Source of the DNA: Candidatus Omnitrophota bacterium
GTDB taxonomy: Bacteria; Omnitrophota; Gorgyraeia; Gygaellales; Profunditerraquicolaceae
Length of the DNA stretch: 64,000 nt
NCBI GenBank assembly: GCA_018825985.1
Contig: JAHKAP010000002.1
Span: forward strand, 650-64,649
Direction: 5' to 3'
The first letter of the stretch is position 1, and the number at the start of each line of letters is the position of its first letter. Shown piece by piece: positions 1 through 11,158 of the stretch. The position numbers were made by a program, and so were the translations under genes. The notes beneath the pieces were generated by a model. It searched no databases. It was not told where the DNA came from and worked only from the letters and a program-made list of their open reading frames with translations.

Positions 1-3000
1 ATCAGCGATCCTAATAACGCCAATGCCACTGATACCGGCTATGGCAGCTTCCCGATCCGCGGCAACCTTACATTAGACACGCCAGTGGGAAGTGAAAGCT
101 GGAGTGTTGGTTCAGTTCGTCCGGTCAACTGGACTCGTAAAGGTAATATCATAAATGTCAATATATCTTATTCTACGGATGCCGGTTCTACCTACCCGAC
201 AGCCTTAGCTACTAATTATAACGCCTCATTAGGCACCTGGAATTGGTCAATTTCAAATACTACTCCTTTGACTAATCAGGGCCGGATCAAGGTAGCGGAT
301 GCTTCTAACCCGTCGATAGTATTCGCTAATAACACGGTTAATTTTGAAGTTAAAGGAGCGGTAGAATTAATTACACCTTCGGATGCCGGTATATCTATAG
401 CTGTGGGAAATCCCTATAGCGTTAATTGGACTAAAGCCGGAGCAGTAAATGATGTCCAACTGCATTTTTCACCTGACGGCGGCATTGCCGGAAACGGTAC
501 TTATTCGGATTCGGATTTGATCGGAAATTTCTCAGCTACAAATTATACTAAATCCTGGACAGTACCAGATAGGATCGGCAGCACTTTAAGGATACGGGTA
601 AGGGACTTGAATAATACCGGGGTTTGGGATGAATCTAATAATACATTCCAGATCAGGGGTAAGGTATTTGTGGTAGTTCCTAACGGTGATGAAATCTGGT
701 ATAAAGGGGATACCCAGCAGATCCAGTGGATCCCGACCGGGACTTATTCTCAGGTTAAATTGGAGTATTCTACTAACGCTTTTGTCAATGAGACCTTGAC
801 TTATTTGATTGCTAATGTGTCAGCCGGTTCAAGCGGCGCGGTTACCTCTTACAACTGGACTGTCCCGGATAATATCGGTTCTGACCTTATAGTAAGGGTA
901 ACTGATAGAAATAACGCCATGGTTACGGACGTTTCAAATAATACCTTTAATATAAAAGGAAGACTGCATCTAACATCTCCTAACGGAGGAGAGAACTGGA
1001 TAGTTAATTCTACCCAGCCTATTTACTGGCAGCGCACCGGTTCGATCGCTAACGTAAAGTTAGAGTATTCAACTGATTCTGGTGACAGCTATGCTTTTGT
1101 AATCACTAATTCTACTCCGGCCGCCAGCGGAGAATACAACTGGACTGTTCCGGATTCAATAGGGACTAATAAGATCAAAGTAAAAGTTACTGATGCGTCT
1201 GATGCTACGGTTAATGATGATTCTAACGCCACCTTTACCATAAAAGGCGCTTTGCATTTGAGTATCCCTAATGGAGGCGAAAGTTGGGGAGTAGGGACCA
1301 AGTATAATATTACCTGGGAGCGCACCGGTTCGATCGCTAATGTAACTTTGGAATATTCTACTGACGGCGGCGGAAACTATACTAACAGCATTAACGCGAC
1401 TTCCGGAGCAGCAGGTATTTATGAATGGACTATTCCGGATAACCCCGGCTCACAGATCAAAGTCAGGATTAAAGATACGTCTGATGCTTCGGTCAATGAT
1501 CCTTCAGATACTAATTTCAAGATAGTCGGTTTCCTGACATTGACCGCGCCTGACGGAGGAGAGAAGTGGGTGATCAATACCACCCGCCAGATAAACTGGA
1601 CCATGACCGGTTCGATCGCTAACGTAAAATTAGAATATTCGACCGATGGTTCGTCTTATGATAAATTGATCAATTCTTCAGTGCCCGGAGGCAGCTCGCC
1701 ATATTACTGGTTGATACCGGATACTGCAAGCACTACGGCATTGATAAAAGTAACTGATGCTTCAGAATCCAGCGTTTATGATACTTCCAATAATACTTTT
1801 AAACTTCAGGTTAAGTTTAATCTTACTCAGCCTAAGGGCGGAGAGGTCTGGGTAGTTAATGATACCCAATATATTAACTGGACTACTATCGGCACAGCCG
1901 GAACAGTTAATTTGACCTATTCAACCGATAGCGGGTCTAATTTTAACTATAGTATAGCCAATGATGTGCCTAATACGGGATCTTATTCCTGGATAGTGCC
2001 GAATAATATTTACCAGACCTTAAGGCTTAAGGTAGCTGATTCTCAGGATGCAGAAGCGTTTAACGCTTCTACCAGTAATTTTAAGATCAAAGGCGCTGTC
2101 TCTTTAAGCTCACCTGATGGCAACGAGATCTGGATAGTTAATACTACTCATAATATTACCTGGGGCATTACCGGAAGCGTTCAAACAGTAAGGTTGGATT
2201 ATTCCAATGACGCGGGCAGCGATAATTATGAGCATCCTATTACCAGCAACATAACCGCGCCTTTAGGTAATTATAGCTGGCTGGTGCCGGATAATATCGG
2301 AAATTATACCCGGGTAAAGATTACCGATACCTCTGATTCTACTGTTTTTGATAATTCAACCGGTAATTTCTCGATCAAAGGCGCGCTGGACTTAACTGCT
2401 CCTGATGGCGGAGAAAACTGGATAGTCAATGAGACTCAGCGGATCAATTGGACCCGGACCGGAAATATCCCTAATGTTAGAATCGAATATTCCAAGAATT
2501 CCGGCGGAACATATCCGTTTGCAGTCGTTAATTCAACTGACGCCTCAACAGGATATTATAATTGGTTTATCCCGGATGAGCTCTCAACCGGAGTGAGGAT
2601 TAAGATATCTGACGCGTTAGATCCGGCGGTATATGATAATTCTACGGCTGATTTTATAATTGCCGGTAAATTTACCCTAACCTATCCTACCGGCGGCCAG
2701 ATCCTTTATGTAGGAGAGGGTAAGAATATCACCTGGACCAGGGATGGCTCTATTACTAATGCTAAATTACAATATTCCCGGGACGGAGGGTTAAATTACA
2801 ATTATACCATTACTAACGCTACTGATGCGTCTTTAGGATATTCTAGCTGGGTTATTCCCGATGCTATCGGCGATAAAGTCAAAGTGAAAATCAGCGATCC
2901 CGCTAATACCAATGTCAATGATACCTCAGCGAATAATTTTACAATTAAGGGAAGGCTGAATATTACCGCGCCTGTAGGAGAAGAGACCTATATCGTGGAT

Positions 3001-6000
3001 AACGCTCATCCTATAACTTGGTCTCAGTCAGGCTCGATCGCCACCGTTTCGTTAAGTTATTCTACTGATGGCGGCGGGACCTACCCGTTTAGCATTACCA
3101 ATTCCACGGTCAGTAATGGTTCTTATAGCTGGACTGTCCCGAATATTATAGGTAATAAAATAAAGGTCAGGGTTATAGATACTGCGGATTCCAGCGTTTC
3201 CGGAGATTCAGCGGATAACTTTACAGTTAAAGGATCCATACATGTAACTGCGCCTAACGGCGGAGCCGGACAGATGCTTCAGGTAGGAACAGACTATCCT
3301 ATCAACTGGACCAAGACCGGGACAATATCCACGGTTAATATTACCTATTCTACCGACGCAGGGACGACTTATCCTTATACTATCATTGGTTCAACTGACG
3401 CCGCCGCCGGCACATACACCTGGACTAATATTCCCGATACCATATTTGGAACCTGTAAGGTTAAAATAACCAATAATGCCGATTCTTCGGTAAATGATAC
3501 TTCTGATTTTAATTTTAAGATCGCCGGCGTAGTTAATTTAACTCAGCCTGATGGTGGTGAGCGCTGGACAGTAAATGGCACCCAGGATATTAAATGGAAT
3601 ATAACCGGTTCCATGGCTAATGTAAGTTTAGGTTATTCGGTTGACGGCGGAGGTAATTATACTACCATAGTTGGCGCAACTCCTGCCGGATCTAAGAGTT
3701 TGGCTTGGCAAATACCGAATGCCGTATCCAAGTCAGCTAAGGTAAGGATCGCTGACGCCAGTGACAGCGATGTATTTGACGTATCTTCAAATAATTTTAC
3801 TATCCAGGCAGGGTTTAATATGACTTCACCCGGCGGCGGAGAGATCTGGGTAGTAAATTCTACGCATGATATTAACTGGACTACTATCGGGTCAGTCTCG
3901 ACGGTAAAATTAGCTTATTCTACGGACGGCGGCTCAAATTATAATTACACTATTACTAATTCCACCACTAATACCGGCTCATACCCCTGGTTTGTGCCTA
4001 ATAATATCTCTACTACTATGAGGCTTAGGGTCAGCGATTACAATGATCCTTTGGCATACGGTAATTCCACCAGTAATTTTAAGATCCGCGGAGATATTTA
4101 TGTCATTACTCCGAATAATAATGAATCCTGGATTGTCAATAATACCTATAATATTACCTGGGGCATTACCGGTTCCATATCCGCGGTTAACCTTAAATAT
4201 TCATTGGATGGCGGCTCAAATTATAATTATACCATTGCCAGTAATGTCAGCGCTTCTATCGGGAATTACAGCTGGACCATACCGAACAATATTACAGCCG
4301 CGGCCAGGGTAAAGATAATTGACGGAACCGACTCCTCGGTTTATGATGAATCAGACGCTAATTTTAAAATCCGCGGAAGCCTGACCCTTTTGGCTCCTAA
4401 TGGCGGGGATGTTCTAAACGTAGGGGATACTTATAATATTACCTGGAGCAAAGTAGGTTCGATTGAAAATGTAAATTTGAGCTATTCTACTGATAACGGG
4501 CTCACCTATCCAAATTATCTGGCTACGCTGGATGCAACAGGCGGGATGTACCCCTGGGCAGTAAATGATTCTATCAGCAGGAATATCCGGGTTAAAGTAT
4601 CGGATTCATCGGATCCGATAGTCAATGATACCTCGGATTCCAACGTTACTATCCGGGGTGTATTAAGGATTATCTCTCCTAACGGCAATGAGCGTTGGGA
4701 TGTGCTATCCCATCATAATATAACCTGGAATACCACTGGTTCGATCTCTACGGTAAACATAACTTATTCTACCGACGGAGGGGCTAGTTATAACCGTACA
4801 ATTATCAGTTCAATTGCAGCGGTCCCATCGGTTTACGACTGGGAAGTGCCGGATACCATCTCTTCCTTAGTAAAAGTCAAGGTTTCTAATTTAGCGGACG
4901 GCAATGTATTTGATGTTTCGGATGACAATGCCAATATAGTCGGCAAACTTACTTTATCCTCGCCGGACGGAGGAGAAGTCTGGGCAGTAGGTTCTTCCCA
5001 GACCATCAGTTGGACCAAGGTCGGATCATTCAGTAATATTACTTTATCCTATTCAGCTAACGGCGGGATTGATTATAATTATACAATTAACAATGGGAAT
5101 AATGTTTCCGCGGGCGGCGGTTCAGGTTCATACAGCTGGGATGTGCCGGATGTAGTTTCTACTACTTTGAAGGTAAAAGTAGCGAATGCGGCAGATCCGG
5201 TTGTTAACGACACCTCTAATGCTACATTTAAGATCAGGGGCGACCTTGACCTGACTCGTCCTGATGCCCCGGATTTGGTATTCCTGATCGGCTCCACCGA
5301 GAATATTAACTGGGTCAGGCATGGCTCCATAGCCAACGCTAAACTAAGATATTCAACCGATGGAGGCGCAACTTATCCCTATTGTATTACTAATTCGGTC
5401 AATGCTTCTAATGAAACCTTGCAGTGGTCAGTCCCGGACAGGCCTACTCTTCAAGGCAGGGTTAATATTTCCGATGCGGCAGATTCTACGGTGTTTGATA
5501 CCTCTACCAATAACTTTATAATCCGCGGCGGTTTTGTGGTTAATAGCCCTAATGGAGGGGAAGCCTGGGCGGTAAATTCAACCCATGATATTAACTGGAC
5601 CACTTATGGCTCGATTTCTTATGTCCGGCTGGATTATTCTACTAATAACGGGACCGGCTGGACACTGATAACTACAAATACGTCAAATATTAATCGTTAC
5701 AGTTGGACTATTCCCGATGCCATATCCACAAATTGCAGGGTCAAGGTATCGGACGTCAATGACCCGGATGCCTACGATTTCTCAAATACTTCATTTAAGA
5801 TACATGGAATTTTAGGGGTGAGCGTTCCTAACGGCGGCGAGCAGTGGCAGGTAGGTTCTTATAAGGCGGTTAACTGGACCAGGACCGGCTCGATCGGTAA
5901 CGTGAGGATAGAATATTCCACTAATGGCTTTGCCAATGAAACCCTAACGGTGAAGATCACCAATAATACTCCTTCGTCAGCCTTGACTTATAACTGGACA

Positions 6001-9000
6001 GTCCCGTCTATAATCTCCGATTCTATTAAAATCAGGGTCAGCGATGACGTTGATACCTTGGTGAATGATACTTCCGACGGGCCGTTTAAGATAAAAGCAA
6101 GTTTTACTCTCAGCTCGCCAAACGGAGCCGAGGAATGGATCGTGGCGAGTGCCCATAATATTACCTGGACTACGCTTGGCCCGGCGACAAATATTAAACT
6201 TTCTTTCTCATCTAATAGCGGGAGCAGCTGGAGCAATATAACCGCCGGAGGCGTAAATAATACCGGGAGTTTCTTATGGACAATACCTAATATCATCTCC
6301 ACTAACTGTACAGTAAAGGTGGAGGATTCAACAGATAGCGATGCTGCTGATGTATCGGATGGTAACTTTAAGATCCGGGGTGATTTAAGAATAACCGCTC
6401 CCAACGGCGGGGAAAAATTAATCGTAAATACCAGTGATTATCAGATCACCTGGAATATCACCGGCTCAATATCTACTGTAGGATTGCAGTATTCTATCAA
6501 CAACGGCACTTCGTATCTGCCTATTACAACTTCTGCCCCTAACTTTGGCTATTATACCTGGCTGATCCCGAATGTTAAGACTACTCTCGGATTGGTAAAG
6601 ATATATAACACTGAAGATCCAGGTGTGTTGGATGTATCGGATGCGGTATTTAAGATCCAGGGCAGCTTTGCCCTGAATACGCCTAACGGAGGCGAGAGCT
6701 GGCCGGTAGCAACTGTACGTCCGATAAACTGGACCTGGACCGGGCCGATCAATTATGTAAAATTAGAATACTCTAAAGACGGCGGCAATAATTATAATAA
6801 TACGATTATCGCTTCCGTTAACAACACCGGTAATTATAACTGGACTATTCCCGATGATGTATGCACTACCCTAAGATTAATGATCTCTGATGTGAGCGAC
6901 GCTGAGGCTAAGGCTAATTCCGAAGGAAACTTTACTATTAAGGCGGTATTTAATATCAGCGCTCCCAACGGCGGCGAGAATTGGCTGGTCGGGGATTTAA
7001 ATAATATCCTTTGGAATGTTACCGGGACTATTCCTTATGTGCGCCTGATGTATACCCGGAATAATTTCATTAATTCATATAATATATCGACGGAGAATTT
7101 AGGCGGGTTTACCAATGTTACCTCTAACTCTTTTATTTATAACTGGACTGTTCCTGATACGATATCCTCCGGTGCGCAGCTGCGTATCCTTGATCCGGCA
7201 AATACGGATAATTATCTGGATTCAGCGGCTAACTTCAGTATTAAGTCCAGGTTCAATGTGACTTCGCCGGTTGCCGGAGATAAGTGGGATGTAGATAGTG
7301 TCCAGCAGATCAGATGGACCTGGACCGGCTCAGTGCCGGAAGTCCGCCTGCAGTATTCTATTAACGGAGGCACAAGCTATAGCGATCTTGACGACGGGAT
7401 TTATAACACTACAATAAATCCGGGTTATTATAACTGGACCGTACCGGATAATATAACCGCTTCTTTGAAGGTTAAAGTCGCGGATCTGGCTGATTCAACG
7501 GCCAATGACACTTCTGACGGTAATGCTAAGATCCGGGCCAAATTTACTTTATTTACTCCTAATGGCGGACAGGACCTGACTGTAAATGACACCTATAATA
7601 TTACCTGGGAGTCTGTAGGCACGGTTTCTTTTGTCAACCTTACTTATTCGCTAAATAATTATACCAGCTATTCTACTATTATTACTTCAACGCCTAATGA
7701 CGGCTGTTTTACCTGGACAGTGCCTGACGCTATATCAAACAATGTTACGGTGAGGGTAAGAAGCACTTCTGATATTGACGCTTACAATGATTCCAATACC
7801 GCGTTCAGGATCAAGGGTTCATTGAATGTGACTTCTCCTAACGGGAATGAACAATGGAAGATCAACCAGAAATATAATGTGACCTGGGATACTATCGGGA
7901 CAATTCCTGTGGTAAAGATATTGTATTCTACTAACGGCGGAAATAATTTTAACGGGACCATCATATCCGGGACAGCTAATACCGGAATTTATGAATGGAC
8001 GATTCCCGATATACCTACTACCGGCGGAAAAGTGAGGGTTATCGATTATAATGATTCTGCGGTTTATGATGATTCTAACGCTAATTTCAGCATCCAGGGT
8101 AATGTGATATTGGATTCACCGCTGGGTAATGAGATCTGGATAGTGGGAAGTAAATATAATATTACCTGGACCTGGGGCGGGACAATACCGGCTATATATA
8201 TCGCCTATTCCAATAATAGCGGGGCTAATTATGCGGTTGTTAATGCAGCTGCTCCTAATGGAGCAGGCAGTAGCGGCACCCATACTTATGAATGGACTAT
8301 TCCCGATGACATTACAACTCATGCCAGGGTCAGGATACAGGATGCCAACGATACTAATGTTAATTCAACTTCCGCCAGCGATTTCTATATCAGGGGGAAC
8401 CTGACCATTACTTCGCCTAACGGCGGAGAATATTGGGTAGCCCGCAGCAGTGTGCCGATTACCTGGGGCACGGTGGGCACTATACCGAACGTAAAATTGC
8501 AGTATTCTAAGGATAATGTCAATTATACTACTATAACCAATGCCGCTAATATCAGTAATCAGGATTCATTCACTTGGGCTATACCTAATGATCCGTCCGC
8601 TACAGTGAAGATAAAGATAAGTGATACCCGGGATGCCAATGTTACCGACACCTCGGATACTAATTTTACGATAGGTTACTATAATGTTACCTGGAATCTC
8701 AAGGATCTTTTAACCGGGCAGGACCTATCTCAACTGACAGTAAACGCAGTCTCCAACCAGGGAGACGAATGGAAGAATTCCACTATGCCTGATAATCCCA
8801 ACGCCACCCTGGGTTCGCCGGTCAGTAAAGATATGCCTTTTGGTTTCTGGACAGCAACCTGGACCAAGACCGGCTATAGCGATATCCAGACTAGTTTCTT
8901 GGCCAGCAGTAATATGACCGTGCCGACCTTGTTTATGGAAACTTCAGCTATCCATATCTGGAGGGCATATTCGGAATTTAGTTATGATTCGTATTTGGAC

Positions 9001-11154
9001 AAACTTGCTGTTAGTTCCTGGCTGGAAAGGGATGGTTTTGTGGTTACCGGAGGAACACAATGTGATATTTATATTTATTATGCCGGTGAACTGATACAAC
9101 ATTTAACTGATCTTAGTATAGATGACGCTGGTTTCTTCCAGATGTTCTGGGAAAATACCAATACCTTAATAGCCGGAAGGGTATACACTGTAGTAACTAT
9201 AATTAAAAACGCCAGCGGCGCAGAATTCCGGACTCCTACGTCTTTTAGCGTAACTTCGTCTGCTATGTTGCAGCAGACCGTGGATACCGTGGAACGGATG
9301 AGTAACGTTACTTTCCCGGAATTTATTAACCTGACTAATACCACGATTGTTACTCAGATGCAGCAGCAGGCGATATTGATTGGCGGTTATATGACCAATC
9401 AGACTGATATAATCAATGCCAGCATGACTAATATGACCGGCCTTATCAATACCAGCATGGAGAAACAGATTAATCTAATCGTCGGCGATAGAAGCGCTGA
9501 CGATATTATCTCGGGAGGCGGTATGGTGGGTATGCTGCAGTCTTCCTTAAGTAGCTTTGAAACTAATGCTACGGTAGTTATCGGAAGGCTACAGTCCGGC
9601 GCAGATGCTGCGGTTGGCGCCGGCCAGAATCTGACCGCTACAGCTCAAAGATATTCCTGGAACGCGATCTGCGCGCCTAATCCATCGCTGGCCGGGGATA
9701 ATGTAACCATCAGCGTACAGGGCCCGGATTTTTATGTGGATCCGGTAACCAGCTTAGTATCCACGGTTCAACCCATGCTGACTATTTATAGCTGGGATAA
9801 TAAAGCGGTCGTTGAAAATATAGCTGTTCTTAAAACCCAGCCCGGCCTTTACAGTTATACATTCCAGGTAGATAATACGCGCTTCCAGCCGGGCAAGGCC
9901 TATACTTATATAGTCAGCGAGTCGCAGACCGGAGGCCTGGTTTCCGGTTCAGGCATGGTAGAGTCGATGAGCGTTACTTCTATCGCCGGCCTTGCTTCAG
10001 CGGCTCCGGAAGCGGAACGCGCGGCCAAAGCGGCTTTGGAGGGTATCAGGGCTTTGCAAACAATGCTCGGCGCCGGAGGTAATGACGCGACAAATATCAT
10101 GCTTACGCTGCAGAATTTAAAAGAGGCGTTGGATAAGTTGCCGGAACAGATGGCTGAAGATAAACAAGGATTTAAGGCCCTGACTAGTGATCTTGAGGAT
10201 ATGGCTAGCCGTCTGCAGAAAGTTATCGGCGATGAAGGCTACGGTGACCTTGGCAAACTGCTTGAAGAGAAACTTGCGGATTCTCCGACTATGAAGGCTA
10301 TCCGCAGCAAGACCGATTCTATTAAGACAATTATCGAACTTTTACAGATGTTATTTGAGGCTAAGTTAGGTGGAATGGATTCACCGGTTGTTTCAACTTC
10401 TCTTGCTCCGGGCAGCGTTAAGTTCAGGATAGCCGCGGTTAACCCATCGGCAACCAAGACCCAGCGGGTGATGATTAAAACATATCTGCCGCTGGAGGTA
10501 AAAATTAAGGATATTTTAGATAACGCTGGTTTAGACGTCGGATATGATTCCGGGAAATCAATGTATTATGTTTACCGGGATAGTCTTGAACTTGCCCCTA
10601 AAGAGGCCCGGGTTTTCGAAGTAGAGGTAGAGGATATCTGGTTTGTTCCCAAGAAAGTATTGGACCAGCTTAAGGAGCAGACTGCAAAATTAGCTCTCCG
10701 TTTGGAGAAGTCTAAATATGCCCAGGAATCCCGCTCAACCGCCAATACTATTAACCTGGCCCTGGAAGAAATTGCCAAGACTCAGGCCGATGAGTCAGTG
10801 AGCAGGGATCAGCATATCGGCTCGTACAGGCAGAATTTAGAGACCCTGAAAAAGATTAAAGAGGAGATTGTGCGGTTAGAGAAACTTCTCCAGCCTCAGG
10901 AAGGTACGAATGTTCCGGAGATACTCGAGAAGTCTAAATTTAAATTCAATCTGCCTAATAAAACTACTACCTGGCTGATTATCATGGTTATCATAAGCTT
11001 TATGGGGATGTTGGCCGGAGTATTCTTCTTTATTTGGCAGGGACAGATAAAATCCAGCCAGGAAGTTTTAGATTCTGCGCGCAAAGCCGCTTTCCCCGAC
11101 CAAAAAACAGAAAACAAACCCACGCCTCCGCCGCCCGCCGATAAGAAAACTTAA
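1..11154 (+). CDS. Giant repeat-rich surface protein, 5'-truncated by the window edge. About 30 tandem Ig-like/Kre9-KNH-like beta-sandwich repeats of roughly 92 aa, then a non-repeat region, a coiled coil and a C-terminal transmembrane tail anchor.
   Basis: The reading frame is open from nt 1; the track ORF begins only at an internal GTG at 85. The unit L(T/S)xPNGGExWxVG...I(N/T)W...GSIxxVxLxYSxDGGxxYxxxI......GxYxWxVPDxI....xKVxD......DxSxxxFxI(K/R)G recurs about 30 times. A hydrophobic helix WLIIMVIISFMGMLAGVFFFIW lies about 35 aa from the C-terminus, followed by a Pro/Lys tail. Stop is at 11152-11154. Confidence 0.85.
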   Translation: MSDPNNANATDTGYGSFPIRGNLTLDTPVGSESWSVGSVRPVNWTRKGNIINVNISYSTDAGSTYPTALATNYNASLGTWNWSISNTTPLTNQGRIKVADASNPSIVFANNTVNFEVKGAVELITPSDAGISIAVGNPYSVNWTKAGAVNDVQLHFSPDGGIAGNGTYSDSDLIGNFSATNYTKSWTVPDRIGSTLRIRVRDLNNTGVWDESNNTFQIRGKVFVVVPNGDEIWYKGDTQQIQWIPTGTYSQVKLEYSTNAFVNETLTYLIANVSAGSSGAVTSYNWTVPDNIGSDLIVRVTDRNNAMVTDVSNNTFNIKGRLHLTSPNGGENWIVNSTQPIYWQRTGSIANVKLEYSTDSGDSYAFVITNSTPAASGEYNWTVPDSIGTNKIKVKVTDASDATVNDDSNATFTIKGALHLSIPNGGESWGVGTKYNITWERTGSIANVTLEYSTDGGGNYTNSINATSGAAGIYEWTIPDNPGSQIKVRIKDTSDASVNDPSDTNFKIVGFLTLTAPDGGEKWVINTTRQINWTMTGSIANVKLEYSTDGSSYDKLINSSVPGGSSPYYWLIPDTASTTALIKVTDASESSVYDTSNNTFKLQVKFNLTQPKGGEVWVVNDTQYINWTTIGTAGTVNLTYSTDSGSNFNYSIANDVPNTGSYSWIVPNNIYQTLRLKVADSQDAEAFNASTSNFKIKGAVSLSSPDGNEIWIVNTTHNITWGITGSVQTVRLDYSNDAGSDNYEHPITSNITAPLGNYSWLVPDNIGNYTRVKITDTSDSTVFDNSTGNFSIKGALDLTAPDGGENWIVNETQRINWTRTGNIPNVRIEYSKNSGGTYPFAVVNSTDASTGYYNWFIPDELSTGVRIKISDALDPAVYDNSTADFIIAGKFTLTYPTGGQILYVGEGKNITWTRDGSITNAKLQYSRDGGLNYNYTITNATDASLGYSSWVIPDAIGDKVKVKISDPANTNVNDTSANNFTIKGRLNITAPVGEETYIVDNAHPITWSQSGSIATVSLSYSTDGGGTYPFSITNSTVSNGSYSWTVPNIIGNKIKVRVIDTADSSVSGDSADNFTVKGSIHVTAPNGGAGQMLQVGTDYPINWTKTGTISTVNITYSTDAGTTYPYTIIGSTDAAAGTYTWTNIPDTIFGTCKVKITNNADSSVNDTSDFNFKIAGVVNLTQPDGGERWTVNGTQDIKWNITGSMANVSLGYSVDGGGNYTTIVGATPAGSKSLAWQIPNAVSKSAKVRIADASDSDVFDVSSNNFTIQAGFNMTSPGGGEIWVVNSTHDINWTTIGSVSTVKLAYSTDGGSNYNYTITNSTTNTGSYPWFVPNNISTTMRLRVSDYNDPLAYGNSTSNFKIRGDIYVITPNNNESWIVNNTYNITWGITGSISAVNLKYSLDGGSNYNYTIASNVSASIGNYSWTIPNNITAAARVKIIDGTDSSVYDESDANFKIRGSLTLLAPNGGDVLNVGDTYNITWSKVGSIENVNLSYSTDNGLTYPNYLATLDATGGMYPWAVNDSISRNIRVKVSDSSDPIVNDTSDSNVTIRGVLRIISPNGNERWDVLSHHNITWNTTGSISTVNITYSTDGGASYNRTIISSIAAVPSVYDWEVPDTISSLVKVKVSNLADGNVFDVSDDNANIVGKLTLSSPDGGEVWAVGSSQTISWTKVGSFSNITLSYSANGGIDYNYTINNGNNVSAGGGSGSYSWDVPDVVSTTLKVKVANAADPVVNDTSNATFKIRGDLDLTRPDAPDLVFLIGSTENINWVRHGSIANAKLRYSTDGGATYPYCITNSVNASNETLQWSVPDRPTLQGRVNISDAADSTVFDTSTNNFIIRGGFVVNSPNGGEAWAVNSTHDINWTTYGSISYVRLDYSTNNGTGWTLITTNTSNINRYSWTIPDAISTNCRVKVSDVNDPDAYDFSNTSFKIHGILGVSVPNGGEQWQVGSYKAVNWTRTGSIGNVRIEYSTNGFANETLTVKITNNTPSSALTYNWTVPSIISDSIKIRVSDDVDTLVNDTSDGPFKIKASFTLSSPNGAEEWIVASAHNITWTTLGPATNIKLSFSSNSGSSWSNITAGGVNNTGSFLWTIPNIISTNCTVKVEDSTDSDAADVSDGNFKIRGDLRITAPNGGEKLIVNTSDYQITWNITGSISTVGLQYSINNGTSYLPITTSAPNFGYYTWLIPNVKTTLGLVKIYNTEDPGVLDVSDAVFKIQGSFALNTPNGGESWPVATVRPINWTWTGPINYVKLEYSKDGGNNYNNTIIASVNNTGNYNWTIPDDVCTTLRLMISDVSDAEAKANSEGNFTIKAVFNISAPNGGENWLVGDLNNILWNVTGTIPYVRLMYTRNNFINSYNISTENLGGFTNVTSNSFIYNWTVPDTISSGAQLRILDPANTDNYLDSAANFSIKSRFNVTSPVAGDKWDVDSVQQIRWTWTGSVPEVRLQYSINGGTSYSDLDDGIYNTTINPGYYNWTVPDNITASLKVKVADLADSTANDTSDGNAKIRAKFTLFTPNGGQDLTVNDTYNITWESVGTVSFVNLTYSLNNYTSYSTIITSTPNDGCFTWTVPDAISNNVTVRVRSTSDIDAYNDSNTAFRIKGSLNVTSPNGNEQWKINQKYNVTWDTIGTIPVVKILYSTNGGNNFNGTIISGTANTGIYEWTIPDIPTTGGKVRVIDYNDSAVYDDSNANFSIQGNVILDSPLGNEIWIVGSKYNITWTWGGTIPAIYIAYSNNSGANYAVVNAAAPNGAGSSGTHTYEWTIPDDITTHARVRIQDANDTNVNSTSASDFYIRGNLTITSPNGGEYWVARSSVPITWGTVGTIPNVKLQYSKDNVNYTTITNAANISNQDSFTWAIPNDPSATVKIKISDTRDANVTDTSDTNFTIGYYNVTWNLKDLLTGQDLSQLTVNAVSNQGDEWKNSTMPDNPNATLGSPVSKDMPFGFWTATWTKTGYSDIQTSFLASSNMTVPTLFMETSAIHIWRAYSEFSYDSYLDKLAVSSWLERDGFVVTGGTQCDIYIYYAGELIQHLTDLSIDDAGFFQMFWENTNTLIAGRVYTVVTIIKNASGAEFRTPTSFSVTSSAMLQQTVDTVERMSNVTFPEFINLTNTTIVTQMQQQAILIGGYMTNQTDIINASMTNMTGLINTSMEKQINLIVGDRSADDIISGGGMVGMLQSSLSSFETNATVVIGRLQSGADAAVGAGQNLTATAQRYSWNAICAPNPSLAGDNVTISVQGPDFYVDPVTSLVSTVQPMLTIYSWDNKAVVENIAVLKTQPGLYSYTFQVDNTRFQPGKAYTYIVSESQTGGLVSGSGMVESMSVTSIAGLASAAPEAERAAKAALEGIRALQTMLGAGGNDATNIMLTLQNLKEALDKLPEQMAEDKQGFKALTSDLEDMASRLQKVIGDEGYGDLGKLLEEKLADSPTMKAIRSKTDSIKTIIELLQMLFEAKLGGMDSPVVSTSLAPGSVKFRIAAVNPSATKTQRVMIKTYLPLEVKIKDILDNAGLDVGYDSGKSMYYVYRDSLELAPKEARVFEVEVEDIWFVPKKVLDQLKEQTAKLALRLEKSKYAQESRSTANTINLALEEIAKTQADESVSRDQHIGSYRQNLETLKKIKEEIVRLEKLLQPQEGTNVPEILEKSKFKFNLPNKTTTWLIIMVIISFMGMLAGVFFFIWQGQIKSSQEVLDSARKAAFPDQKTENKPTPPPPADKKT

Positions 11155-11158
11155 GCAG

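Noticed and set aside
1089-10778. About 20 minus-strand and alternative-frame ORFs of 60-140 aa inside the giant gene (for example 1089-1325, 4043-4312, 5988-6404, 9078-9344)
   Set aside because: They are fully embedded in a continuous plus-frame ORF with strong periodic protein signal. They have low complexity and no recognisable motifs, so they are shadow ORFs.
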